DNA of 64,000 bases from Octopus sinensis (lineage: Eukaryota): NCBI RefSeq assembly GCF_006345805.1, contig NC_043013.1:8742001-8806000 (forward strand), written 5' to 3'. Positions 25,731-38,213 of the stretch are shown here, in pieces. The stretch's first letter is position 1; each line of letters begins with the position of its first letter. The position numbers and the translations under genes are program-made. The notes below the pieces were generated by a model. It saw nothing but the letters and a program-made list of their open reading frames with translations, was not told the origin of the DNA and ran no database searches.

Positions 25731-25999
25731 GGATCTTTTCCTTTCGAACGGCAGTTTTCAACACAATTTCTAGTTAACAAAACACTTTAAAACTTCGTAT
25801 ACTGGTAGAATGTGTCAAAATAAAACAATTTTTTTCTCTTGGCTTTCTTGAGAAAATTGTAAAACTACGTTAAACTTACAAATTACAATTTTCTCAAGAA
25901 AGCCAAGAGAAAAAAATGTTTTACTTTGACACATTCTACCAGTATACGAAGTTAACTAGAAATTGTGTTGAAAACTGTCATTCAAAAGGAAAAGATCCC
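25731..25999. mobile_element. Fully palindromic derivative of the same MITE family
   Basis: Both halves resemble the left end of 24882-25307 in inverted orientation; inserted in a (TACA)n tract. Confidence 0.75.
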
Positions 26000-26044
26000 A
26001 TACATACATACATACATACATACATACATACATACATACATACA

Positions 26045-27700
26045 TACAGGGTACAATGGGTAAGTTGTGACCATTTTATATTTTTTTAACTTCGTGCATG
26101 TGCATTGATTTTTTTTTATTTTATCAACTACACAGTATAGTAGGGTCAGTTGGGAACCGTCTGTGAGAAAGACAGCACCATGACGCAATTCACTCTGTCA
26201 GAAATTTGGAAATGACATGCTGTACTGCTTGGAATTTGCACTTGAAACTCTAATACGAATATTTCAGCGTGTTTGAGTGTCAATTTGAGGACAATGCAGA
26301 GGATTCGGAAAGAGTTGGATGAGTCTAGTGGAAAGTACGGCAGCTTGAAAGACTCACTCTGACCGTTCTGATAAGAAAAAAAAAAACTCCTCAATTTGTT
26401 GATGAGATCCAGGCCATGATTGACAACAATCCCTCCAAGTCAATCAGGTCCATCGTCAGGGACATGGGAGTGTCTGAGTTTGTTATAAGGCAGTTAGTGC
26501 ATGAAGGCATTCGGTATTCCTCATACAAGATGAGAAAGGGCCAATTTTTATCCCAAGCCATCAAGGACAAGAGGAAAGACCATGCTACGATGCTTTTGAA
26601 CAAATTCAAGCATCCCTTTCAGCTGAACATGCTTTAGTTTTTCTCAGGTGAGAAAAATTTCTGCCAGGATCAGATGGTGAACGCACAGAACAACTCTTGG
26701 CTTGCCGTGTCCCCAAAACATGTACTCAGAGTGATGAACATCAAACATCCAGTCAACATCATGGTATTTGCGGTGATGGAGGCGCAATGGTCCAGTGGTT
26801 AGTGCAGCGTTCTCGCGGTCGTAGGATCGCCGTTTCGATTCCCAGACCGGGCATTGTGAGTGTTTATTGAGCGAAAACACCTAAAAGTTCCACGAGGCTC
26901 CGGCAGGGATGGTGGTGTGGTGATCCCTGCTGTACTCTTTCACCACAACTTTCTCTCACTCTTACTCCCTGTTTCTGTTGTACCTGTATTTCAAAGGGTC
27001 AGCCTTGTCACTCTCTGTGTCACGCTGAATATCCCCGAGAACTACGTTAAGGGTACACGTGTCTGTGGAGTGCTCAGCCACTTACACGTTAATTTCACGA
27101 GCAGGCTGTTCCGTTGATTCAGATCAACCGGGACCCTCGTCGTCATAACCGACGGAGTGCTTCCATCCATTTGCGGTGATCACTGGTGATGGCGACGTTA
27201 TGCCTCCATTCATCTTCCCATACAGCCTCAGACTCAGTACAGAGCCCTACATCAAGTGCCTGGAGGAGGTATTGCTGCCCTGGGTCAAGAGGGTGGCTGT
27301 TGGACGACCCTATCTCTGGCAACAGGACTCTGCACCATGCCACACAAGCAGGAGAATCCAGTTTTGACTGTCAGGCTATTTCTGAGATCACATCACCCCT
27401 AACATTTGGCTGCCTATCATTCCAGACTGTAACCCCCATGATTATTATGTGTGGATGCAGTAGAGCAAGAGACCAACAAAACTCCTTGTAACCAAAGATG
27501 AACTGAAGGCAAGGATTATGGCAGCATTCACCAACTTAAACAAGGAGACCATCCAGAAGAGTTGCAGGAGATTCCGAAGTTGTATGAAGGCCGTGGTTGA
27601 AGCCAATGACGATTTTATTGAATAAATTTACTCTTTAATGTTTCAAGATATTTTTATGAAATTTTGGTAAATATATCTGTTAAAATGAGATGTCTGTAAT
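26045..27700 (+). mobile_element. Degenerate Tc1/mariner-superfamily DD37D (maT-like) transposon
   Basis: TACAGGG left end; HTH-like NPSKSIRSIVRDMGVSEFVIRQLVH; FSGEK; WQQDSAPCH followed by exactly 37 codons to NPHDYYVW; internal stops; right TIR not found. Confidence 0.8.
26778..27168 (+). mobile_element. tRNA(Arg)-like-headed SINE (OR-type, tail variant 2) nested in the DD37D transposase
   Basis: GGAGGCGCAATGG head with A/B boxes; exact 12-bp TSD ATTTGCGGTGAT at 26766-26777 and 27169-27180; the transposase frame resumes after it. Confidence 0.9.
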
Positions 27701-28220
27701 TTTCATTATATATATACACACACACACACACGCACACACACACACACACACATACACACACACACATATATATGTATATATGCTTGCGAGTGGCAAGCAA
27801 ACCTCTTCCTACACAGCCTATGCCTAAAGAAGCAAATTAGCCTTTTTTTTTGCATAATCGTATGAATTCCAGCGTAAAGATCACAAGTTCGAAAATAATT
27901 TTTGAAAATACAAAAAAAAAAAAAAAATTGATGAGGTATTGTATAGGACGGATTAAAACCTATAGAGGCACAGAAGCGCTTAAAAGATTGTGGTACCCAA
28001 AATTCAGAGTTTCTCCCATAACAGCCACGTAACACCCGAGTGTTGCCCTGGCTGATCGACTTTGACATTCATCAATCCATCACATCTGGATCGATGAAAA
28101 ATAAGATGCAGTCATGTACTAGAATCGATTGGTATCCACTATCATCTCTTTCCCTTACAAATCCATGGCTTTGTATCCGTATACGTCAAAAAAAAAAAAT
28201 TACGTTTGTATTTGTTTATC

Positions 28221-28234
28221 GTTACCATAACAAC
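28221..28234. promoter_or_regulatory. RFX X-box upstream of MDH1B
   Basis: GTTACCATAACAAC fits the X-box consensus GTHNYY-AT-RRNAAC exactly and ends 14 bp before the ATG at 28249. Confidence 0.7.
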
Positions 28235-28248
28235 CAGCTGGCGCACTC

Positions 28249-28270
28249 ATGGCGAAATTTGTGATCGCAG
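28249..28270 (+). CDS. MDH1B: MDH1B coding exon 1 (MAKFVIA-G)
   Basis: ATGGCGAAATTTGTGATCGCAG|gtaaaa; MAKFVIAG is the recognisable MDH1B N-terminus; phase 1. Confidence 0.88.
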
Positions 28271-28599
28271 GTAAAACTTAGTGGATTACATTTCCTTTCT
28301 CAGCTCTTTCTTATTCTTTCTTTTTTATCACTAAACACAAATACGTTTATTTTCTGGTTAAATATAACATTACCATTAGATAATTGTCGTTTGCAATTAT
28401 TTTGTCATGCTATGTGGCATCCGTTTTCGAATGTAACCACATAGTCGTCTCCTGTTGCCTTTTCCAAGTCAGCGGGAAAGCTGATATTTTTAAGACTGCG
28501 GGGGAAAATAGTATCCTACGTTATACATAAACATTAGCAACGTAAAAGCTACAACCCGAGATCTAAACAGAGACTGGGTTTACTATGTGTATGTGTGTG

Positions 28600-29280
<681 letters not shown>

Positions 29281-29517
29281 CATATTTAGAAAGGTGAGCT
29301 TGCCAGAATCGTTAGCACCGAACAAAGTTCTCAGCGGCATTTCGTCTGTCTTTACGTTCCGAGTTCAAATTCCGCCAAGGTCGACTCGGCCTTTCATCCT
29401 TTCGGAGTCGTGCACTGAGAGTCGGAGTGATCCTAAAATTTCAGACCTCGTGTCTTATAGCAGAACGGTGTACACACGTGCACACGCACGCTCACACACA
29501 CACACACACAGAGTCTC

Positions 29518-29650
29518 ACACGAGGGGGGTGCTGAAAAGTTTCTGGCTTCGGGTAAAAGAAAATACAGGAGAATCGGTTAATTTTGATTTTATTATTATG
29601 ATTCACGCGCTTATTGCAGCGGTTCTTCAGTTTTTCTAAGCTCTGCTGAA
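29518..29650 (-). mobile_element. Mariner 3'-end remnant
   Basis: TIR-like CACGAGGGGGGTGCTGAAAAGTTTCTGGCT; the minus strand reads LEKLKNRCNKRV, similar to a mariner C-terminus. Confidence 0.5.
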
Positions 29651-29833
29651 CAACTCGGAAGGTTGGGCCTCCAGCCAGTCCCTTCGCGACACCCTTAAAA
29701 TCAGGAACTTTTCCAAAGGACACGGGAACTGTGTCAAGGCCGACAGGAAGCGTTGATGCTTCCTAGGGCTAAATAGCGGTGGTGTGTGATTCCCTTCCTG
29801 GGACTGTCACATTAAGTTGACAGTATACAACTA

Positions 29834-29951
<118 letters not shown>

Positions 29952-30020
29952 TGATAAAACGGTAAGATAACAAAAGAAAGAAAGAGACCTCAATATTATG
30001 TAAACAGAGGAATTTATCTA

Positions 30021-30203
30021 TACAATAATATGTTACATTACTCGATAGTCAAGATAAAACTCCGAGTTTCAGATGCCGAAGTAGAAATCCACAACACTAT
30101 CTCTTAGCCAGATAACCGAAGAGATGGTGTTGTGCATTTCCACTTCGGCATCTGAAACTCGGAGTTTTATCTTGACTATCGAGAAATGTAACATATTATT
30201 GTA
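30021..30203. repeat. 84-bp-arm inverted repeat containing a degenerate hammerhead motif (PLE pLTR-like)
   Basis: Arms 30021-30104 and 30120-30203 with ~5 mismatches and a 15-nt loop; hammerhead-like fold at 30110-30172. Confidence 0.8.
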
Positions 30204-30213
30204 TATATATATA

Positions 30214-30422
30214 TATTTAAAACATTACGTTATATAATTAGGGTTCAGTAAAAAAAAATTACTTTACCACACACCGAACTTTTAGAAATAGCATCCCCAA
30301 AATTTTAGCTATTTCCTCTACTATAAGAAAAGTCTCTTTTGTCTGCTATTTCTAAAAGTTCGGTGTGTGGTGAAGTAAATTTTTTTACTGAATCCTAATT
30401 ATATAACGTAATGCTTTAAATA
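30214..30422. mobile_element. Foldback MITE (~78-bp TIRs)
   Basis: TATTTAAAACATTACGTTATATAATTAGG...CACACCGAACTTTAGAAATAGCA is mirrored at 30342-30422. Confidence 0.75.
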
Positions 30423-30547
30423 TACCGTAAATGGTCTTTTTTACATACTGAACACTACTTGGTAAAATTATTAATTAATAATTAATTAATTTTACCCTTT
30501 TATTATTGACTATATTATATATATATATATTTTCATAAAGCTTACCG

Positions 30548-30613
<66 letters not shown>

Positions 30614-30735
30614 ACGGTAAGCTTTATGAAAATAGACGAAGGCAGGTTTACGGAAATAAACAAAAGACGAAGGCAGGTGGAATACAAACAAACAATTGTA
30701 TTAGTATGGCGCTCAGGAAATATAAATGAGATAAG

Positions 30736-30773
30736 TCTTTAACGTTTCGAGCCTACGCTCTTCAACAGAAAGA
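30736..30773 (-). ncRNA. Minimal hammerhead-like motif (A6U core variant)
   Basis: Minus strand: UCUUU-CUGUUGA-A-GAGC(guag)GCUC-GAAA-CGUU-AAAGA; stem I 5 bp, stem II 4 bp, palindromic stem III AACGUU. Confidence 0.5.
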
Positions 30774-32016
30774 TACACAGAGAAAAAAAACACAGAAAGA
30801 AGGAGAGAAAAAATATGCGTGCAAAAGCTGGCGAATCAACATGGCGATCTGATTTCGGCCAGAAGTCAAAGATCAAACATGAAACGCAAGAGCGATATAT
30901 ATATATATTATATATTATATATATATATATATATCTTACCTTAGGTTTCCCGTTCATAAAGGGTTTAGCTTTACGGTGCATGTTAGTATGAGTATATATG
31001 CATAGCTGTTTGTGTGTGTGTATTTAACATTCAGTTTAGCTTCCCTAATAGTATTGACAGTACTGTATGTAGAATAGTATATAATAACAAAGGGTCCAAC
31101 GAGTGTTAAACACAAATTCATGCTTCAAGTGAATCTTATAGAAAGCCATAATTCTTATCAAAGGGTGAATCTACTTGTTATTTCTACATTTTAACTGCCC
31201 TAGTATTTGTCACGTAACTACGTTAATCACGGGTATTAATGAGAGGAAGCTATGCACCTCTTTACATCCGTTCCCGAGTACAACTATCTTCTGTCGTCCG
31301 TGATATACACAGGGACGGATTAAGACCCACAGAGGTACCGAAGCGCTTAAAAGATTGTGGTACCCACCACATGTATATAGTTCAAAATATAAGCAACGAT
31401 AAACCATAAAAAAATTTTTTTTTCATTTTTCGATATGAAACAAAATTAACAGAAAAATGAAAAATAGTGTTTATTTTTTTCTATACTTCCACTTTATTTA
31501 TATTTAAAGTGTTTTAAAAACTTTTTTTAATTGCTAAGACTGTGATCAGGTCCTCAAAATTAATCTTATGTAACACATCTGCTTCTATACAGTGGAGATA
31601 AGGCATCCCAAATACTATTTTAGCTCGTTTAAAGTTATTTCTTTTGTGCCGTCAACTATTTACCATTCTTGTGGTGTCCCTACCATTCCTATGGTGTCTC
31701 CGATATATATATATGAGGCCTAGTCGTATTTCTGTTTTTAACAGCTTTTATGGCTCTTCAACGATGTTAATTATTGCTTCGGTTATAATAATAATAATAA
31801 TAATTGTGTACAGTGCTCAGGTGCACTACAACTCATCTAAAGTGTATATATAATCAGGTGTAGTTTCGACGGATTTCGGGAAGCATGAGGGCCTTAAAGG
31901 ACGTTTGTGTATTCAAACAATTACGATGTAATTGTTTCAATTAGTCTCAGATCAAGTCAGCTACTCGACAAGGGCAACTCAGAAATGTGTGTGTGCGCGC
32001 ATATCTGCCTGCCTGC

Positions 32017-32110
<94 letters not shown>

Positions 32111-32143
32111 GTCCATCTATCCATCTATCTATCTATCTATCTG

Positions 32144-32214
<71 letters not shown>

Positions 32215-32255
32215 GTCCATCTATCTGCTATCTGTTCATCTATCTGCCTCTCTCT

Positions 32256-32316
<61 letters not shown>

Positions 32317-33535
32317 ATCTATATTATACACACGCACTCAAGTACACATACAAAATGCCCTCCCTACATTAAAACCACATTATCTTAAATCATACTTCGA
32401 AAAACTGTTTTTAGATAATTATGTGAAAGGAATAATAGGAAAGAAAAGAAAAGAAAAAACCTTCAGTTTTATTTGTTTATTTATTTATTTATTTATTTAT
32501 CTTAGTTACAACTAATAGTTTGCGAAATAACTAAGAGTTTTGTTGTGTCAGGGGAGAGTCATACTGCCTTATATTTTGATGAAATCTTTTGACAACGTTT
32601 GTGAAGACATGAAAAATTAATATTGCGAATTTCTTAAGAGCAGGAACAGGTTGACAAGAGTTGTTTCCCTTTAATTGCTTTTCCTACAAAATTATGCAAA
32701 GAATAAGTTTTAAATATATTAAAACGAATATCAGGAATATATTATTAATATTATTATTATTAAGCGTGTTATTTTCCCTCATAATTCTGAATTTCTCTTT
32801 TTTTTTTTTTTCTTAATTTTCCCGACTTGATTGACGTAAAGAAATTTAATTTTGTCTCCACAAACCAAACACATCTAAAGAAAGTTGAAGAATTGTTAGA
32901 ACGAAGCCAAAAATTAATATTGCGAATCTCTTAAGAGCAGGAACAGGTTGACAAGAGTTGTTTCCCTTTAATTGCTTTTCCTACAAAATTATGCAAAGAA
33001 TAGTTTTTAAGTATAGTAAGGCCTCGATATACGAGTTAATTTGTACTCGGAAACCGCTCCTAAAACAAAAACTCGTAAAGCAGAGCAATAATTTTCCATA
33101 GCAGCAATGTTATAAACCGTAATTCGTTCCCAGAAAAATATTTTCTCTATAAAATATATAATACTCGTCAATAAATGGCAATAAGCCCCAAGTTTTGTCA
33201 GTGAACAAACAGGTCGTGGTTTTCAAGACGAAGAAAATATTTTGACACAAATGAAAATTAAATTAACGGTTTTTGTGTGTTCTTGGATGGCTTACAAATA
33301 TCTTCCATGCTGCAATTGTTTTTTTGTTTTAGCACACGATCTCAGATCAAGTCACTTGCTATACAACTCGGTACCAGTGATGTCACAACTCATTTCTACA
33401 GCTGAGTGAACTGGAACAATATGAAATAAAGTGTTTTGTTTAAGAACACAATAAGCAGCTCGGTCTGGGAATCGAAATCACCACCTCATGATTGTGAGCC
33501 CTACGCTCAAACCACTGAGCAATGTAATTTGTAAC

Positions 33536-34063
33536 TATTGGGTTGTCTGGAAAGTTCGTGCCGATTTTTAAAGGAAAGAAAAAGGTTAATAAATACTTGG
33601 CATTACCTTTTTAATCTACCGAATATGAACTATTTTGTTGCACAATTCGTCCCCATCTTTCCTTTAACTTGAAAATACCCTCTTCCCAGAATTGAGGTGT
33701 TTTCCTGGCAAAGAATTCATCAAGGTATCTTTTTGCAGAGACCTGAATAAGTGGAAATGCGAAGAAGCAATATCTGGTGAATATGGAGGGTGGGGTAACA
33801 CATCCCAGCCGAGCTGCAGCAATTTTTGTTTGGTTCCCAAAGCATCAAGTGCCGAAAATGAACTTTTTTATCTTCCATTTTAAAGGGTTACAGAATAAAC
33901 ACAGATTATAGGAACATAAACCTTCTTCCACGAAAAGATAGCTCTAAACTGTGCTCTAAATGGAGGTGTAGTCAAATCCTATTTTATGGACTCAACCATG
34001 TTCTAAAATAAGTCGAAAGATAAGCTACTACAAATCAGCACGAACTTTCCAGACAACCCAATA
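33536..34063. mobile_element. Internally deleted mariner (MITE-like), 528 bp
   Basis: ~30-bp TIRs TATTGGGTTGTCTGGAAAGTTCGTGC(C/T)GATTT with TA ends; the minus strand retains EEGIFKLKERWGRIVQQN; ends 135 bp upstream of MDH1B exon 2. Confidence 0.88.
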
Positions 34064-34198
34064 TAATATTCTCTGTATGCACCATATTCCCTTTAATATT
34101 TCTTATTCATAATAATATGTGTTTATCTTAAATGGAATGCTGAACAGTTCTCACAATTGTTCATAACATTTTTTTCTTTTCGTCTCTTTTTCTCAAAG

Positions 34199-34311
34199 GA
34201 ATGCAAGACTGCCCTTACTATGTCCGAGCAGAGCTGCTTGGGGACAAACTCGCACGTAATCTTCCAGATTTCAAAATTCACAAAATTGTGAAAACAACTG
34301 CAGAATGGCCG
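34199..34311 (+). CDS. MDH1B: MDH1B coding exon 2
   Basis: Polypyrimidine tract and aag|; encodes (G)[37 protein letters not shown]; |gttagt donor; 113 nt, phase 1 to 0. Confidence 0.92.
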
Positions 34312-34321
34312 GTTAGTTATA

Positions 34322-34630
34322 TCTTTATATATAAAACTGAAGTTGTGTGTGTGAGTGTCTGTCTACTCCGATTTAGATTCCTATCTACTCCCACATTTTG
34401 CGGTGCAGTTTAACCAAAAGCAGGTATCTTATAGTCGTGATTCATATCGAGCCCTTCTGGGTATTAGCACGCGTCTATGATGAGTCTACGATTTGAAAAA
34501 AAATTTACCATCATTTTTTCGTTTTTTTAATGCATTTTAACTCGGTTTTATATAAGGGAAGTAACTCTCTAAAAATGCTTGTATAGTTATTTCCCTTACA
34601 AACCCGAGCAACGCCAGGCGATACTGCTAG
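34322..34630 (+). mobile_element. Non-autonomous Helitron (family H1)
   Basis: A|TCTTTATATATAAAA ... GAGCAACGCCAGGCGATACTG-CTAG|T; homologous to 6866-7261. Confidence 0.8.
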
Positions 34631-35022
34631 TTTCTTATACATATATAAATATCATCATCATCATCATCATCGTTTAAACGTCCGCTTTCCATGGGTTGGA
34701 TGATTTTGACTGAGGGCTGGCGAACCCGATGGCTGCACCAGGCTCCAATCTTGATCTGGCAGAGTTTCTACAGCTGGATGCCCTTCCTAATGCCAACTAC
34801 TCCGAGAGTGTAGTGGGTGTTTCCCTTTTTGTTTTATATATGTATGTATGCATGTGTGTGTGTGGGGGCATACAGATAACTATATATATATATATATATA
34901 TATTATACCCACAAGGGGCTAAACATAGAGGGTACCGACATGACCAGACAAAGGAATTATGTTGATCACATCGACGCCAGTACATAACTGGTATTTCTTC
35001 AGTCGCCCCACCCTATCTATTG

Positions 35023-35056
<34 letters not shown>

Positions 35057-35292
35057 GTATTTGTGTATGTGTTTGTCCCCTAGCCATTAATTGACAACCG
35101 ATGTCGGTGTGTTTATGTCCCCATAACTTTGCGGTTTGGCAAATGAAACCAATAGAATAAGTACTTGGCTTACAAAGAATAAGTCCTGGGGTCGACTAAA
35201 GGCAGTGCTCCAGCATGGCCACAGTCAAAATGACTGAAACAAGTAAATGAACATATATATATATATATATTATATTATATATATATATATAT

Positions 35293-37290
35293 ATGACTGG
35301 TGTAGCAGCATAATAGTCAACTGCTACAAAGATAAAGGTGACGCCCTAGATACAAATAACTACAGAGGTATCAAGCTGTTGGATCAGGTAATGAAGGTTA
35401 CGGAGAGGGTCATAGCCCAACTAATTAGAGAGAGAGTTAGTTTAGATGAGATGCAGTTTGGGTTTGTGCCAGGGAAAAGTACTACTGATGCTATATTCCT
35501 GGTAAGGCAGCTGCAGGAGAAATACCTACCAGCCAAGATAAGCCCCTGTACCTGGCTTTTGTTGACATGGAGAAAGCCTTCGACAGGGTCCCCCGATCCC
35601 TTATCTGGTGGGCAATGAGGAAACCAGGGATAGATGAATGGCTAGTGAGAGCTGTGCGGGCCATGTATAGGGACGCTGCTAGTAGGGTGAGGGTTGGAAA
35701 CGAGTACAGTGAAGAATTCCGGGTAGAGTAGGTAGGGGTCCACCAAGGCTCAGTACTCAGCCCCCTCCTATTTATCATAGTCCTCCAGGCAAAACGGTGG
35801 AATTCAAGACAGGATGCCCTTGGGAGCTCCTCTATGCTGATGACCTTGCTCTAATTGCTGAGTCGCTATCAGAACTGGAGGAGAAGTTTCAGGTGTGGAA
35901 ACAAGGATTAGAATCGAAGGGCCTCAGAGTCAATCTAGCTAAAACCAAAGTCGCAATCAGTAGGAAGGTAGACAAATCACAAACGCCTTCAGGTAGATGG
36001 CCCTGCTCGATCTGTAGAAAGGGTGTAGGTAGAAACTCTATAAGATGCACCAAGTGTAAGCTATGGACACATAAGAGGTGCAGCAATGTCAAAGAAGGCT
36101 AACTAGGAAGATGGTTTTTGTATGTCGCAGATGCTCAGGAACAATAAACACTAAAAGCTCTGAGACCAACTTCCGTCACTTTCCAGGGAGAAAAACTAGA
36201 AATAGTTGATAGTTTCCGTTACCTAGGTGACCAAGTCAGCAGCGGGGGGCGGGGTGTGCTGAAAGTGTAACTGCTAGAGTAAGAATAGCTTGGGCAAAGT
36301 TCAGAGAGCTCTTACCTCTGCTGGTGACAAAAGGCCTCTCGCACAGAGTGAAAGGCAGACTGTATGATGCGTGTGTACGAACAGCCATGCTACATGGCAG
36401 TGAAACATGGGCCGTGACTGCTGAGGATATGCGTAAGCTCGCAAGAAATGAAGCCAGTATGCTCCGATGGATGTGTAATGTCAGTACTCATACTCGGCAG
36501 AGTGTAAGTACCTTGAGAGAAAAGCTGGACCTAAGAAGCATCAGTTGTGGTGTCCAAGAGAGACGTTTGCGCTGGTATGGTCATGTGGCGAGAATGGATG
36601 AAGATAGTTGTGTGAAAAAGTGCCACACCCTAGCGGTTGAGGGAACCTGTGGAAGAGGCAGACCCAGGAAAACCTGGGACGAGGTGGTGAAGCACGACCT
36701 TCGAACTTTAGGTCCCACTGAGGAAATGACTAGAGACCGAGACCTCTGGAAGTGTGCTGTGCGCGAGAAGACCCGGCAGGACAAGTGAGTCCATAACCCG
36801 TGGCCTTCTACATGGGATGGAGCCAGCCTACGTATGCATACCTTCCCTTCTTGGGACACAAAACTCTACTTGTGAAGACCGTTGAGGCAAGTGAGGATCA
36901 GAATCGAAATCGATCAATGGAAATTGCAGATGTGTTACCAGTGCCGGTGGCATGTAAGAGAACCTTCCGTTTCGCGACCGTTGCCAGCACCGCCCCGTTT
37001 CGTGTCCATTGCCAGCCTCGCCTGGCCCTCGTGCCGGTGACACATAGAAAGCACCATCCGTTCGTGGCCGTTTGCCAGCTCTGTCTGGCACCTGTGCGGG
37101 TGGCACATAAAAAGCACCCACTACACTCACGGAGTGGTTGGCGTTAGGAAGGGCATCCAGCCGTAGAAACACTGCCAGATTTCACTGGGCCTGATGAAGC
37201 CTTCTGGCTTCACAGACCCCAGTAGAACCGTCCAACCCATGCTAGCATGGAAAACAGACGCTAAACGATGATGATGATGATGATGATGAT
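35293..37290 (+). mobile_element. 5'-truncated RTE LINE in MDH1B intron 2
   Basis: RT region (NYRGIKLL, AFDRVP, YADDL) through the C-terminus GRGRPRKTW...RQDK* at 36788, then 3' UTR and (GAT)n tail; inside a (TA)n tract; several 1-bp indels. Confidence 0.93.
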
Positions 37291-37794
37291 ATATATATAT
37301 ATATATGTTCATTTACTTGTTTCAGTCATATATTTATGACATATATATATATATATATATAATCATCATCATTCTAATATTCCCTTTTCCATGCTCACAT
37401 GGCTTGCATGAAATTTATGCTGAGGCAGATTGTTTGCATCTGTATGCCCTTCCTGTCACATTTGGAGCATGACAGTTGCTGCTTTTCTACTCTTGTTGAT
37501 CATCGTGTGCATCTCAGGTGCTGTCTTAGGGGCAATGTTTTCTTTAAGCAGGGCACCTGCTCATGTACCCTCTCTTCTTACTCTCTTTTACTTGTTTCAG
37601 TCATTTGACTGTGGCCATGCTGAAAAACCGCCTTTAGTCGAGCAAATCGACCCCAGGAATTATTCTTTGTAAGCCTAGTACTTGTTCTATCTGTCTCTTT
37701 TGCTGAACCACTAAGTTATGGGGATATAAACACACTAGCATCAGTTGTCAAGCGATGTTGGGGGGACAAACACAGACACAAACATACACGCACG

Positions 37795-37825
<31 letters not shown>

Positions 37826-38213
37826 ACACACACACACATATATATATACATATATACGACAGACTTCTTTCATTTTCCTTCTACTAAATCCACTCACAAG
37901 GCATTGGTCGGCCCGGGGCTATAGCAGAAGACACTTGCCCAAGATGCCACGCAGTGGGACTGAACCCGGAACCATGTGGTTGGTTAGCAAGCTACTTACC
38001 ACACAGCCACTCCTGTGTCTATTATGTGCATGCATATTTTATGCCTAATGTACAAAAGATAATAATTGTGTGTACACAAACATTTTTCCTAGAGGAAATT
38101 GAATTTCTGCAATAGTTAATGGCTATGATATAATAGTTAATACCTATGCTTTATCAATGTTTCAATTCAGTTTTATGTTGGTTTTAATTTTTGTTTAACT
38201 TTGTGTGATTCAG

